This document shows positions 34,243 through 48,279 of a stretch of DNA of 64,000 nt, piece after piece. Under the pieces are notes generated by a model that was given only the letters and a program-made list of their open reading frames with translations, ran no database searches and was not told where the DNA came from. Positions within the stretch are counted from its first letter, which is position 1. Each line of letters starts with the position of its first letter. The stretch spans positions 248,001 to 312,000 of the forward strand of contig JAAOMT010000135.1 of the NCBI GenBank assembly GCA_016748015.1, given 5' to 3'. The DNA is from Geosiphon pyriformis uo1. Its lineage: Eukaryota; Fungi; Glomeromycota. Made by a program: the position numbers and the translations under genes.

Positions 34243-37200
34243 TTATTTAGCAAAATGGAAATCCCATGTTTCCAGCCATTTTCGCCTAAGTACTGCATTA
34301 ACATCTAATCCAGGAGTCCCATAGGTAATTGGGGCAAAAAATACAAATATACTCGAAGCTATTACTAAAACACCTAAACCGAAAATCACTGCACTATACC
34401 CAACATCAGCAAACATGATGACCCGCGCAATCTTTTGCTTTGATGCCTGTTGGGAGATTGGGTAATTTATCGAATTAACAAACATAAAGTTGAAGACTGC
34501 GGCAGCCATCAAATAACTACATATAACTGCAGGAAGATAATGATGAAGAAACAAAGAACGTCCCATCAGAAAAAATGGGGCATAATGAAAAAACCAGGCA
34601 ATAAAAAAGAAACCTGTAGACTTATAAAGCCGGTTTCTGACAGCTAAAATTTGATATTGATTAAAAGTAAAAAATTTAGAGAATCTGGAAGTGAACCAAG
34701 GAAAATTTGCTGCGAAGGTAAGGATACTCACGGTCAATAATAGGATGGATACCACGCCTTCTTGACACAGTGTCTGCAGCCCAGACACCAATGAAAACGG
34801 CAAGTGCTCCAACAGCCAGCCACCAGGTGAACGGATTCCCCAAAAGATATATTTGCTCCCGGGTGGTATCTTTAGTCCAGAAAGAAATTCCACGAACCGA
34901 AAATGGCCAATTAATGGGGCCAGTTGAGTAAGGATGCGGCTTTGTTAATCCAGAATTATGACTAATCATGAGACGTTGAAGTTCGAAAAATTTCCTAAAA
35001 AAGAAAAGTTTTCTGATTGGTTTCTTTGGCTCTGCAACTTCAGTCTCTTGTATAATAAGATCGAAAAGTAAAATTAATAAAATTTCAGTACAAAGAAATT
35101 CTCAAATACAAAAGCCAAGTACCGTTCTTTCCAATAATCTCGTCAGCGAACCAATGATTGCTCTTTTCTAAATTATTTTTGTTGCCATTAATTTCTTGTT
35201 GTTTGAATCCCCAATCAGGTAAAGGGGCTGAATGTGTCCATAAAGCAACCTTGGTTACCAAATGTACAAGACGAGCATAGCTGGCTTTCGTTCTCCATTT
35301 GGAATTAGAGTCACCGTTTTCTAAAAAAACCTGGAAGACTGTTTCATTGTACCGAGATTCATCATCAACTGATATTGTGGTGAACTCCTGATTAGTTGGC
35401 ATCAAAGGTGAGGCTACATCGTGAGTTAGTAGATGGGTTCGAGTATTGACATGCTCAAGACGAATATAATCCCCATGTTTAATGACGTCATTCTCAGCAC
35501 GATCTTCAAAGAAAGGTTGGGCTGGTTTGACTCGCCAATGGTTGTTAGTATCTTCATGAGGATACCCGGTCACTTGTTGACCTTAATATGGTTGAATTTT
35601 CATCAAAATAAGGATTGAAGAACTATTTCATGAAAAGCTTCTTGAGATCTAATTACCTTGACTGCTAATGCGGCCATCGTCATAACGAAGTGGATAACGA
35701 TCCACATGAGAATGCAAATAAACCGAGGTATCCTTATGTTTAAGCGTTATTGTATCATTGAATCGTATATCTGGAAATGGTGGATAACTTGGTATGATAT
35801 CTCAAAGTGGGTTTGATACAATATGTAAATCAGTGATTTATTGATTTTTCATACCATGACTTTGGAGAGTCATTATATTTCCATGTAATGTTTCTTGAAA
35901 TTCGGGACTCATGAAAGCATCCCCTGGCCCACTTGTATTCAAAATGGCAAAATGAATGTAAAACCAAAACAAATAAATGACAATAGGTATAAAGATAAGA
36001 CCAATAGCGCGGGCAAAGAAATGCCTTCGAAATTGTTTCTGTGGGACAAAAAGATAATATTATCAGCACTCTGGAAAATGATAACCCAATTAAGGCGATA
36101 AATTGAAAGAGAAGATATTCACAAATTATTAAACCATTCAACTAGCAATGAATGTTTGATCAGAGAGTATACATAAACATGATCTCGTGAATTATCAACT
36201 TTTCAAATAAAATTCAGTTTTGAAATACAAAACTGCTTGTTCCACAACTAATCATAATGTGTATAACTTCATATTTCGAAACATAAGCTCAAAGTACAAA
36301 TAAGTAACTTACCATAGTTAAACCTCGTTGAATATCCAATAATTCCCATAAATCATAAACAACAGCGACTCCAATAGTGGCTACTGTGAAAAGACCAACC
36401 ATCTTTACACTATTATCAATATATGAATTTTTTGAACAAAAGGCTTATCAGTGTGAAAATATTGAAATGAGGCTAGCACTTACCTTGCAGTCAAAGAAAG
36501 GAGGACCCCAGTTGTTATTAACCAAACCCACCATTCACGAGAAAATTCCCTGAAAAAAATAAGTAATTTGCAATCAAGCTATCTTTGATTATAACTTAAT
36601 TAAAGTTGAAGAAAGTACCTGAGCCGTAATTTATAAAATCTAATATATGAATATATGGTACAAAGCATAAAGAACACGAGCATAGCATCAAGAAGAATCA
36701 ACCTTGTCTGTGCGATCAATGCATTATCTTTATGAAGAACGTTCAATCAATATTGAATTTGACGTTTCAAACCATATTTGAGAAGAAAAGTTACCAAACA
36801 AGACGAAACCAGCGGCCAGAGCAGCGGTGATTACCGGATAGCCAGATTCGGTCATGATTAAATATGTCAATGGGACAAGCAAAGCACCTAAAGTGGCGGG
36901 CAATAATCTTAATCCAATATAAGGAACATTGTTTTTTACATAATCATCCCCAATGTTCTCAAAAAGAAAATGTCCATCATAGCCCAAAAGCCAACCCATT
37001 CCTGCAAACATAAGTTTTGCGAGAGGAGGATGAACATCGAAGTAATATATCCGTTGAAGATAAAAGCTGGCGAATTTGCCGAAGTGAACCTCGTCAAACC
37101 TGAAAAATCTGAGGTTAAAAAGTTCCAACTTAAACTATTTCAAGAATTAAGAAAAGTTCAAGATAATTTACACCACTTCTGCTGGATATCCGATATTCCA

Positions 37201-37494
37201 ATACCGCGTTATAAAAGCCGAGATAGTCAGTATAAAAAGTACTATGGAGGATAGCTGACTCTTCCGGAGTTTCGATTTTTTTACATTTTCACCCTACAGG
37301 GAAGGAATTTAATAAGTGGAGCAAAACGCCCATGAAAAGGGATCAAAGGAGAATCGAAAAACCTTTTTAACGTTATGAGCTTCCAAGTGAGCTTTATTGG
37401 ATAAACTTCTTTGCTCTTCAGGTTTTCGTTTTTCTCCCACTTTGTTTTCACTTAAGCCTCCCTGTCTGAGGCGGGTTTTACCTTCCTCGGACAT
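34243..37494 (-). CDS. PMT4: Dolichyl-phosphate-mannose:protein O-mannosyltransferase, PMT4 subfamily (multi-exon)
   Basis: FDEVHFGKFASFYL..FDVHPPLAK; MIR-domain segments; HPYS..WPF; LFLHHYLPA; C-terminal KWLETWDFHFAK. Confidence 0.92.
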
Positions 37495-37743
37495 GATTCA
37501 CCCAAATCTTGGAAAAAATGTGGTCAAAACACACTTATTTTGTTTTTAAAAAAAAAGGGCCCTCAAGTGACTGACACACTATAACTCGAAAGGGCAAAAT
37601 TAATATTAAAAATTTTAATTGTTATTATAAATAAATAATGTTATAAATAGACAATTTGAGTCTATAAATAAGATTTACAAAATATTCGAATAATCTGTTC
37701 TATCTGAAAGTAAATAAGGAAATCGCTAGATTATGAACAAGAA

Positions 37744-39484
37744 TCATTTAATATCGCAAGTTGAGCGCAATCCAACAGTCCAATCATATATACCCAACGT
37801 CACTACCATTGTTACTTGAGCCATTACCACCGAAAAAATCGCATAACGGTAAGCCTGAACCCTAGGTAAAGATGTAATTTCAACCTGTAACCGTCATTAA
37901 AAGCCATTAGTGTGTGGAAGATCTAGGTTTCATAAAAGTTGTAGAAATTTACCGCAAATGTAGATATAGTCGTGAGACAACCTAAATTAAGATTTCAAAT
38001 TGTTGGTGATTGATAAAATTTGGCAGTTCCCCGATCAAAAAAAAAATCGGAATTACCACAAAATCCGTCAGACAATCCCGAAATTACTTGGCATCCTAAT
38101 TTCGAGTTTACTTCACCATTACTCAGAATAAATAAAATCCCAAGTACCAAGGTTCCAAATATGTTAGCAGCGAATGTTCCAAAAGGAAAGGTCATATTAA
38201 CGGTATTGAATCTTGAAAGTTTCCAACGCGTCAGCGTACCTAAACACAACAGAAGTTTTCATGAATTTTGCAGAGAATTTGATAACGAGTCAGTGTAGAT
38301 TAGTGAAGTTTAAAATTACCGATAGGTGCAAAGATAGTTGCAAACATAATTTTTCGATGTTCCTTAATTAATATTGTCAAAATGACAACAGTCAAAATTG
38401 AGAAAAACCCAAGACTAATACATATCCAGTCAATGAATATTAAGTCATCATATTTAAATTTTCTTGGAACAACTCTATACGAGGTTTTTTTAGATTTTGA
38501 ATTATTTTTTGCATTTGACTTATCTTTGGGAAAATTTTTAGGCAGGAAAAAATCTGCAAGATGTTCCCCAAATTTCAGACCACTGACAGACATTCCAATG
38601 GTAATTGCAACATGGACTAGAGCAGCAAGTGGCTTTTAAAGGTAAAATATAAAAATCACTAATAAGATCATATTGAAAAAAAAGGTTAAAACGAGTCAAT
38701 AAAATTCTTTACACTATATGCGCGTGGGTGTTGAGGAGTCTCATAGTCTATGATAGCCTTAAATATACCGAGGTTCCAAGAGGAAAACGTGGTAATAGAA
38801 CCACAGAGACCAACCCCAAGCCCAATATAAGCAGGTAAATATCTTAATTTAAATTTATGAATCAGATTAAAAGTAAAGAAATCTTAAGTATAAAATATCT
38901 AGATTAAAGAAATTATAGATATCCCAATTCAGGAACTTACTTGTTCATTATTATTTCTTTAAAAGCCACACAAAAACCCATAATCAAACATCCGATAAAT
39001 TGAGAATAAACCAGCGGGAATACTGGAGCTCCAGGATATTGGTTCAGATTTGTGAGCCCAATACGAACAAGTACACCAATCATTGAAAAGGGAATCAATA
39101 GTGCAATCACGGGAGCTTTTCTTTCTACAATGTCTATAAAAATTACTTTCGTCTTCTCTTCATCCTCATCTAAGGTGGGTATTGGTTGCAAAGCGATCTC
39201 TGATCCAGAATTTTTTGTATTATAAGTGTTGACATCTAAAAAAAAAAGGTTTAAATTATCAGTGTTTTGACCCCAAGAGTGCCTTCCTCCTTGAATACTC
39301 CATATCGAATGGGAAATTCTTATGTCGTCGTTGAAGACACTGGGTGTTTTTTGTGTGACAAACTTTGAGTTCCAAGTTCAAAATCAATTTTTTCACCGTC
39401 TTGAATCTTCGGAAACCCACCAGCATGCTTTACCGTCATTTGATTTGTTTTAGGGAGGGTAGATTTCTTGGCTATTTCGTCCAT
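37744..39484 (-). CDS. FEX1: Fluoride export protein (two Fluc/CrcB domains), multi-exon; start uncertain
   Basis: GVLVRIGL; GVGLCGSITTFSSW; FPFGTFAANIFGT; GFCGCLTTISTFAVE; two-domain eukaryotic FEX layout. Confidence 0.85.
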
Positions 39485-40665
39485 TTCTGAAATGTTCTTT
39501 GGCTCCTTTGTTTCAAATTTTGTATCATAAACTGGGAATCTGTTGTGGGCCTTGTTATTGCAGGCTTTTCAAAGTCAATAAGAAAGTAATCACCTGACAT
39601 TGGAAGGTACGTTTGTTCAGCCATTAAGTGGCACTGAACTTTTCTTATAAAAAATATGGTGGAAGTGTACAAATATTTGAAGCGAAGAGTTTAGACATAT
39701 TAACTATTGAACCTTTGACTTTCAACTTTTAACTGTAAGTCAAATTAACTTATTACACAAAACAAAGATCTAAATATTTAACTAAACTAAATTAGAATCA
39801 AGAAAATTTATTATACGATAACGAGTGTGGCCCAACCGCAGTTCACGTGCTTGTTACATGTGACCAGCCACTTAAGAAGAGTTTACATAAAAGTACTAAC
39901 ATACTTCTTAGCTTTAAAAACCAAAACATCTTTCTTTGCTAATCAGTTATATTTACATTAAAGTAATCTTTACTTTTAACATTTATAACAACAAATCTTT
40001 TTTTAACAATTAAACATTATTTTTTATATTTAATTTAAAATTTAAAAATTAGTAATCAAAATATTGGTTTTGTTTGGTTTTTTTAATATATATGTTAATT
40101 TTATAGCAATTATATTAATTATAATGTTTAATTTAAATTTGGCTAGAAACAATAATTTCTTTTTTTATTTTAATTAATACATAATTAAATTGTTTAATAT
40201 ACTAATTTTTACTGGTTTTAAAAATAAAAAAACCATGTTTTTGCACATGTTTTTATTTAATTGATTTATTAAATCATTTAATCTTAAAAATTAAAAACAA
40301 TATTAAACTATTTTATATAAAATTTGTATTTTAAATTTTTTTAAATATTATTATTAAAATTAAGCTTGTTAATTTTTTATTTTTGTTATTTTAAAAATTA
40401 TTAATATTTGTTATTTTTGTTATTTTAAAAATTGTTAAAAATTGTTATTTTTGTTTTTATTATTGTTATTTTGCATAATATTTTTTTTAAGATTATTGTA
40501 AAATAATATTAAATATATTTTATGTATTTTTAGTATAGTTTTTAAAATTAATTTAAAGTTTATTAGTTAATAATAATATGTTATTGTGTATTTTAAAAAT
40601 TTTAAAGCTATTAAAACTGGCAAAAATTAATTAAATATATAATATATTAAGCTACTTAATTATAT

Positions 40666-41320
40666 TGTTACAGTTGAAACCCATAGTTTTTATTAATTAT
40701 CACATGTATTAGCCACTGATATCATATAATTAATCACTCTATTTTTAGATAGTGATCATTGACCTAATCAGTGACCTGACTGTTGACCTGGTCATTGACC
40801 ATTTTCAATAGCTATATAAGCAATGAGTCTTTTAGCTGTAGAAAATCATTTCTTAGACAAGAATCAAATAAATAAAAATAACAACTTTCATTTTAATTAC
40901 TCTCTTATCACTAATTTCTCTTTTCTTACCTTCAAGTATCTGAACATCTTAGGATAAAAGATTACTTGTTGGTCTTTTCCTGATGTATATAATTGTAGCA
41001 TTTGAAGATTATTTGAATAAATGTGACTGAAAAGCACAAGTTGATATCTGATATTAAATTCTAAGAGTGCTGATATAAGGCATAGAATTATACCAGTAGT
41101 GATTAATTGTTGACAGTATGGACTATTCCTCTACCTTCAGATTCCCTTGTTACCTTTTGAAAAGAATAGTGATTGAGATATTTTATGAGATTGATCTCGC
41201 ACATTGAATCCATACTCATTCAATTCGCTCATTGAAGTTGAATTCTCTTTGATTATTTCCATCACCCTACAATCCTGTTCTTCCTTGCTATCTGTTAGCT
41301 TGTTACTCCAACCCATAACA
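40666..41320 (+). repeat. 5' LTR, copy B
   Basis: TGTTACAG...CCATAACA; repeat of 47613-48279. Confidence 0.95.
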
Positions 41321-44300
41321 TAAAAGTGGTGCTCCCTGTGAGGTTGTCAAAATTTACTTATTCCCTCATTGTATGGGTGATTACTCATATCTGCCATAGC
41401 AATCAGAAGAACACTTTGCAGCACACAATAGAAATGACCTAGATTTCATTGAACTTAATCCTCTGCCCTCCTGCTTGATCTGCTTTCCTCTTGAAGAACA
41501 ATCCAGTAAACAATTTCAAGACTTTTGGAACTGGTTCCTGAACAAATATTTAGCTAAAACCTACACAGCTTATACAATCTATTACTTTGACCAAGCTTAT
41601 TTTGAAAACGACTTTGAAGAAAGAAACAACAGTATTAATCAGCTCTTATATTCTGCAACCTTTAAACAACAGCCTCCTGATTTCGAATATCTGAATCATC
41701 AAATTCACATCTGGATTGTTGCCCATCAAGCAACTGAAACTCTCTTTGAAACAAAAGAAGAAAGCTACCAAACTGCTCCTGTTTTTAACCTTTTATCAAG
41801 CAAATCAGACTCGTCTACACAAACAGTTACCCCTGAACCAATGGCTAATGACCCCATGCAAGCAAACATTCTGGCTGCCCTCCAAAGTATACAAATTGCT
41901 TTAGGAAGAAGAAACAATACCCCACTACCACTATTTAGAGATAATACACAAGATCCAATTGAATGGTTGGATGATTTTGAGAGAGCTGCCACAGCCAACC
42001 AGTATGATGAAAAATACAAGTTCCAAATAGTTGGTGGCTACCTCCAAGGCTCTTCTGCTACCTGGTTTTCACAAGAAACAAATGCCAATGCTCAACACAA
42101 AATAATTAGATGGACACCAATCAATGCTGAAGAAGAAAATACCTCTTTCACTACCCAATTTGAGGCCAAGTTCAGAACCCCAATATTAATATCCAAATGG
42201 TGCATGGAACTGGAAAGAAGAACTCAAGGCCCTGGGAAAGTAGTGACTGAATATGCCAAAGCTATTAGAAAGCTAATCAAATGTGTAGACTCTGGAAGAA
42301 ACTGAACAGAAGAACAAAAGATTTATTCTTTTACAAAAGGATTGAGAACCAATTTATCTTATGCTCTTTGGTCTTTCTTGGCCCTAAAAGACAACCCTAC
42401 AATAGACATGGCCATTGAACTTGCCCAATGAATTGAAGACAACCAAAAAATACATTTGGGATTTACACTTCCAGTTTTTGCTCCTGCTTCTGTCATGGCT
42501 CCTGCTCCTCAAATGGCTGCTGTTTCTTTTGCTGCCCAAACTCAAGATCCAAATGAACAATTAATTGATAGACTCACAGCCAATCTTGTCCAGTTATTAG
42601 AACCTTTGGCACAAGCAGTCAGAGATAACCAGCAACTACCAAGACCTAGATACGAACCTCGTTTTAACCAGCCCCAGCAACCTCCCTATTAAAAACAGCA
42701 AAATCGTGGCCCACCTGTGTGCTATCATTGTGGATTAACTGGACATTATTCAAGAGATTGTAACAATCCTTCACTGCCTCCTCTAGCTCCCAAAAACAAT
42801 GACAACCAAAACAACAGACCCAACAACAACAACAATGTCCCCAATCAAAGACCCAATTATGCCAACATCAATTTCTTTGGAGAGGATCCCCTAATTGAAG
42901 CCACTGTTTATTAGTCTTTAAACTGTTAAGCGCATCTCCAAAGGGTGAGAGTGCAAGCCAACCAGAAGAAAACTTCTTTTACACTTTTAACTTAACTAAT
43001 GATGACCATAACATAGATGAATTAGCAATCAACCCCTCTGAATCCACAAGAAAGAAGAAAAAAGCCAAAGTTGATTTTGTTCTGGACCCCAATAAAGCTT
43101 CTACATCAACTGCTGACAACAATGAGCCCCCAAAAGCCAAAGTTTTCAAAAACCCTCCAAAGTTGAAACCCCCAAAAATAGTACAATCCAGCCCCTATTC
43201 TGTTGTCAAAGACTTCATGGAAACCCCAGCACATATAACTTTTGGCCAATTGATGATCCATCCACAATTTAGAAAAGATCTTCACAAATCTCTAATTCCA
43301 AAGAAAATGACATCCAAAACCAACAAACGCTCTTGCCAAGCTGGACTTGCTGACAATAGCAATGTCACTCCTCTAATTTGCAAAGCCCAAGTGGCTGGCT
43401 ACTTCATCGATTTGATCCTAGACAGTAGATCATTTGTTAGTGTTATTGCTAAACACTTTTTTGAAGCAATTGGCAGAAAAATTGATGAACCATCTACATG
43501 ACTAATAACCAATGTACATGGTGATAAGAAGAAAGAGCTTGGCATAGCCAAAGCTATTCCTGTCTGCATCAATGGCATCAGCATTGAAACTGATATGGAA
43601 GTATCTGAAGTAAAAAAATACACCATCATTGTTGGCAATAAATGGCTCAAGAAAGCAAAAGCTTTGCTTGATTATGAACTCTGTGAACTAACCATCAGAT
43701 GTGGTGAGAAACCCATTGTGGTTAAATGTCACTATTGGACAACTCCTCCAGTATCCAAGCAGAGCCCAGAAGAAAATGAATCAGACAAATCAGATGATAA
43801 AGAAAGTGAGAAAGAAGAAGAACAAGAAGAACAAAAAGAAACTGCTGAACTCACCTATATCATCTTTACCAGCAATGGCAAACTACTAGATAATGTCAAG
43901 ACAGATAAAAAAAGAATCATTGTCAATGGCAAGCTGATCTGCTGGCCTTATTATGATATGCTCAGAAGAACCTTTGACAGAAAGCCAGGCAAGAAAGCCA
44001 AATACAGTTATTGGTGGTATGGTCCTTGTGCCCAGTGCTGGTGCGACAAACCATTGTATTCTCCTAGCAATGAATGCATGTCCTGCCTGATCTATTACAA
44101 AGATTGGGAACCAATCAGCTTGATACTCTATGAGGAAATAAAAGAAGTCCAAAAGTTTTTTGAAAACAAACCACCTGAAATCCAATCACTGGTTGTAGAA
44201 CAAAGAGAACCCTCTCCAGAAGAAAGAAAGATAGACATTGAAAACCTGCTGGCTAGAAACAGCCCAGTTATCTCAAAAGAAGGTGAATCTTCTGGACGTA

Positions 44301-47300
44301 CACATGTGATACAACACACCATTATCACCAGAGAAACTCGTCCCATCCATTTGAAGCCCTATTAATCCAACTGGCACAATGATGAGTTTATCAAAAAGAA
44401 AATAACCCAAATGAAAAACCTTAGATTTATACAGAAAACCAAGAGTGAATGGGCATTCCCAGTTGTAGTGGTATCCAAGAAAGAAGGAATCTTATGCTTT
44501 TTTATTAACTATTGCCAATTAAATGCTATTACTGAAAGAGACATGTACCTACTTCCCAAGATTGATGCAATGCTAGACCAATTCCATGGTGCTGCTTTCT
44601 TCTCAACTATTAACTTAACTGCTGGATTCTGGCAAGTAGAGATGGATCTAGAAAGCAGAAAGAAAACTGCTTTCATTACCAAGTATGGCACCTACAAATT
44701 CACAGTCATGCCTTTTGGTCTCACAAATGCTCCTTCCACCTTTCAACGCTTAATGGACAAAGTATTTGAATCAGTAAAAGAAAACTTTGTTCTAATCTAC
44801 TTGGACAACATAATGGTATACTTAAAAACCTGGGATGAAATGCTGGTCTCAAGATCAATCCAATCAAATCATTCTTTGGACGTCAATCCACCCAGTTCTT
44901 TGGCCATTTTATTACAAAAGATGGAATCTTCCCTGATCCAGCCAAAATTGAAAAAGTTCAAAACATTAGACAACCAATGAATGTTCATGAACTATACTCT
45001 TTTCTTGGTTTGGCCTTTTATTATCACAAGTTTGTCAAAGATTTCTCCAAAATCGCCACTCTTCTCAATCAGCTACTTAGAAAAAACATCAATTATTACT
45101 GGGACACTCATTAACAAAAAGCATTTGAAATTCTGAAAGAAAAACTGGTTATAGAATCCATCCTCATGCAACCTAATCTGGATCGACTTTTTATTCTCCA
45201 TACTGATATATTTGGCTATGGACTTGGTGCTGTTTTTTCCCAGAAAGACGAAGATGGCAGGGAACATGCCGTAGCATATGCCAGTAAAACTCTCACACCA
45301 GCAGAAAGGAACTACTCAGTCACTGAGCAAGAATGCTTAGCAGTAGTTTGGGCTACCAGCTACTGGGACAAATATCTTAAGGGTGTGAAATTTTTGGTGA
45401 TAACAGATCACCAAGCTTTGGTTTGGCTACGCAACAAAAAAAACCTGGAACATAAACGGATAACTTGCTGAATACTCCACTTGAATGAATTTGACTATGA
45501 CATTCAACACCACAAAGAGCTAATTATCAAAATGCCAATGCTCTCTCCAGACTTACCATCCAGTGATAGTAAAACCTTCTCAAACCAAACCAACTTAATT
45601 ATTTATAACTTCCCCATAAACAAACACAATAATAGACTTAGACAACTACTCTGCCTTAATGGAATTTTTGGGTAAAGGACAATACCCACTGAACTATACT
45701 TGACAGCAAAGAGAACATTTGCACAAACAATCAAATTTCTATTTGATTTGCTAGAACCAGTTATATAAAAGAAATAAAAAAGATCCTGACCATCCCCAGA
45801 GAGTCATTAGATTTGAAGAAAGAGAAATTGTAATCTACAATATGCACATTGATCCATTAGCTGGACACTTTGGAAAAACAAAAACGATTCAGAAAACTTT
45901 AACTTGCTATTATTGGCCTACCTTGGGAAAAGACATTGCTAAATACATCAAAACCTGTGATACCTGCCAAAGAAGAGAAAAACCCAATCGCAAGGAAGAT
46001 ATTCATCCAATTTCTGTTGATCAACCATTTGACAGAATTGGTATAGATGTTGTTAAACCTTTAACAGTAACTCCTAATGACAACAGATACATTATTACAG
46101 CTACCGACTATCTTACAAAGTGGGTAAAAACAAGAGCCACTCCAGATTAAACAGTAGTCTCAATTGCCAATTTCATTTATGAAGATATTATCTGTCACCA
46201 CGGCTGCCCCAAAAAACTTTTATCTGATAGAGGAAGAGCTTTTCTCAGTACACTGGTTGAAGAACTTTGCAGAAAAATGGGAATACGTCATAAACTCTCT
46301 TCTCCTTATTACCTCCAAACAAATGGCTTAGTAGAATGTTTTAATAGAACACTATGTGAAACCTTAGCCAAAACCAGTGAAAAAACCAACCTATGGGACA
46401 AAGTATTGCCTTCAGCTTTGTTCACCTACAAAACTGTAAATCATGACATAACAAGTTATGAACTCTTTTATCTGCTCTATGGACAAATAGCAACTCTACC
46501 AATAGAAATGGATATAGAAACAATACCTTTTGAAGAAATAACAATAGAAGATTACAAAGACATTTTGCAAAGAAGACTTGGTACCATTCTTGACTCATTG
46601 GTAGAAGCACAGATAATTGTCTTTGAAAAGATAAAACAATTCCAAGAGAAGCTTAAGAAAAAAAAAACATATAAAACACTTTTCTTAAGTGTTGGTGACT
46701 TAGTTTTAGAATACCGTTCAGACAGAGACAATGTCTATGGTAATAAATTCTCTAGTTAATGGAAAAGACCTTTTATAGTCAACAAAGTTTTGAACAATGG
46801 TTCTTATATCTTACAAGATCAATATGAAACAATCTTCAATGATTGCCCTGTTCATGGTACACGACTCAAGAAATATCACAAATGACCTGATTGGTTACCT
46901 GTTGTGATAATACTGATCCAAATGATCAACAAAAATCAGATATAAATAAATGCACCATTCCCAAAACAGAGGTATTTTCAATTGACATGAACAATTATTT
47001 TCTAGATCAAAACATTCAAAATACTTTCTACACTCTCCATAAGTACTGGATCAAAAATTATTCAAATATTACTCTGACTATTGGAAAACAAACCACCATA
47101 ACTGATAACAGTAGAACACATACTGTTATTAAACCAAAGAAAACCACTACCAGAAGAGAAAAAATTGGTAGCAAAATGGATAAATACCTGCTGAAAAGCA
47201 TAACAGCAGCAATACTTACACCTTCCATGACAATTGAAAAAACGATTAAAAAAATCTTGCCCATAGACAAAAACTTGTCATATGGAAGGCAACTAAAACT

Positions 47301-47612
47301 CTATGGTTGTCTTGGTGAAATTATAAAAAAAATGAAGCTCATGAAGAAAACAACTTCAGAAATACAAATGGAAATTTTGGGCATTATACGTTTAGATATC
47401 CCAAGAGTTTTGACCATTGCAAAAAGAGCCAAAACTCTTATATAAAGATTTGGTCTCTTGGATACAAAGCTTATTTCGCCTCAAGTACTATACACTCTAT
47501 TCATAAAAAACTTCAACAAACTAGTTAGTTTTGAGTTAGACAAAACCCTTCAATTAAAATACTCTATAAATAGCTTGATTTCACCAGAGCTCAATTTCTT
47601 TGGAGAGGATGA

Positions 47613-48279
47613 TGTTACAGTTGAAACCCATAGTTTTTATTAATTATCACATGTATTAGCCACTGATGTTATATAATTAGCCACTCTATTTTTAGATAGT
47701 GATCATTGACCTGATCAGTAACCTGACCGTTGACCTGATTATTGACCTGATCATTGACCACTTTCAATAGCTATATAAGCAATGAGTCTCTTAGCTATAG
47801 AAAATCATCTCTCAAACAAGAATCAAATAAATAAAAATAACAACTTTCATCTTAATCACTCTCTTATTACTAATTTCCTTTTCTCTACCTTCAAATATCT
47901 AAACATCTTAGGATAAAAGATTACTTGTTGGCCTTTTCCTGATGTATATAATTGTAGCATTTGAAAATTATTTGAATAAACATGACTGAAAAGCACAAGT
48001 TGATACCTGATATTGAATTTTAAGAGCACCAATGTAAAGCATAAAATTATACCAGTGGTAATTAATTGTTAACAGTACAGACTATCCTTTTACCTTCAGA
48101 TTCCCTTGTTACTTTTTGAAAAGAATAGCGACTGAGATATTTTATGAGACTGATCTCGCACATTGAATCCATACTCATTCAATTCGCTCATTGAAGTTGA
48201 ATCCTCTTTGATTATTTCCATTACCTTACAATTCTGTTCTCCCTTGCTATCTATTAGCTTTTTATTCCAACCCATAACA
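47613..48279 (+). repeat. 3' LTR, copy B
   Basis: Direct repeat of 40666-41320, followed by TSD ATAT. Confidence 0.95.

Larger units (their letters stand above)
40666..48279 (+). mobile_element. Full-length Ty3/gypsy LTR retrotransposon, family 2, copy B (degenerate)
   Basis: LTRs 40666-41320 and 47613-48279, TSD ATAT, PBS 41327-41345, PPT before 47613; gag 41373-42929, pol 42917-45566, INT ~45632-46945, ORF3 46987-47643; colinear with copy A. Confidence 0.97.

Noticed and set aside
39480-39900. Fluoride riboswitch or bacterial origin of the Fluc gene
   Set aside because: The gene is intron-rich with the eukaryotic two-domain FEX layout, and no riboswitch consensus was seen.
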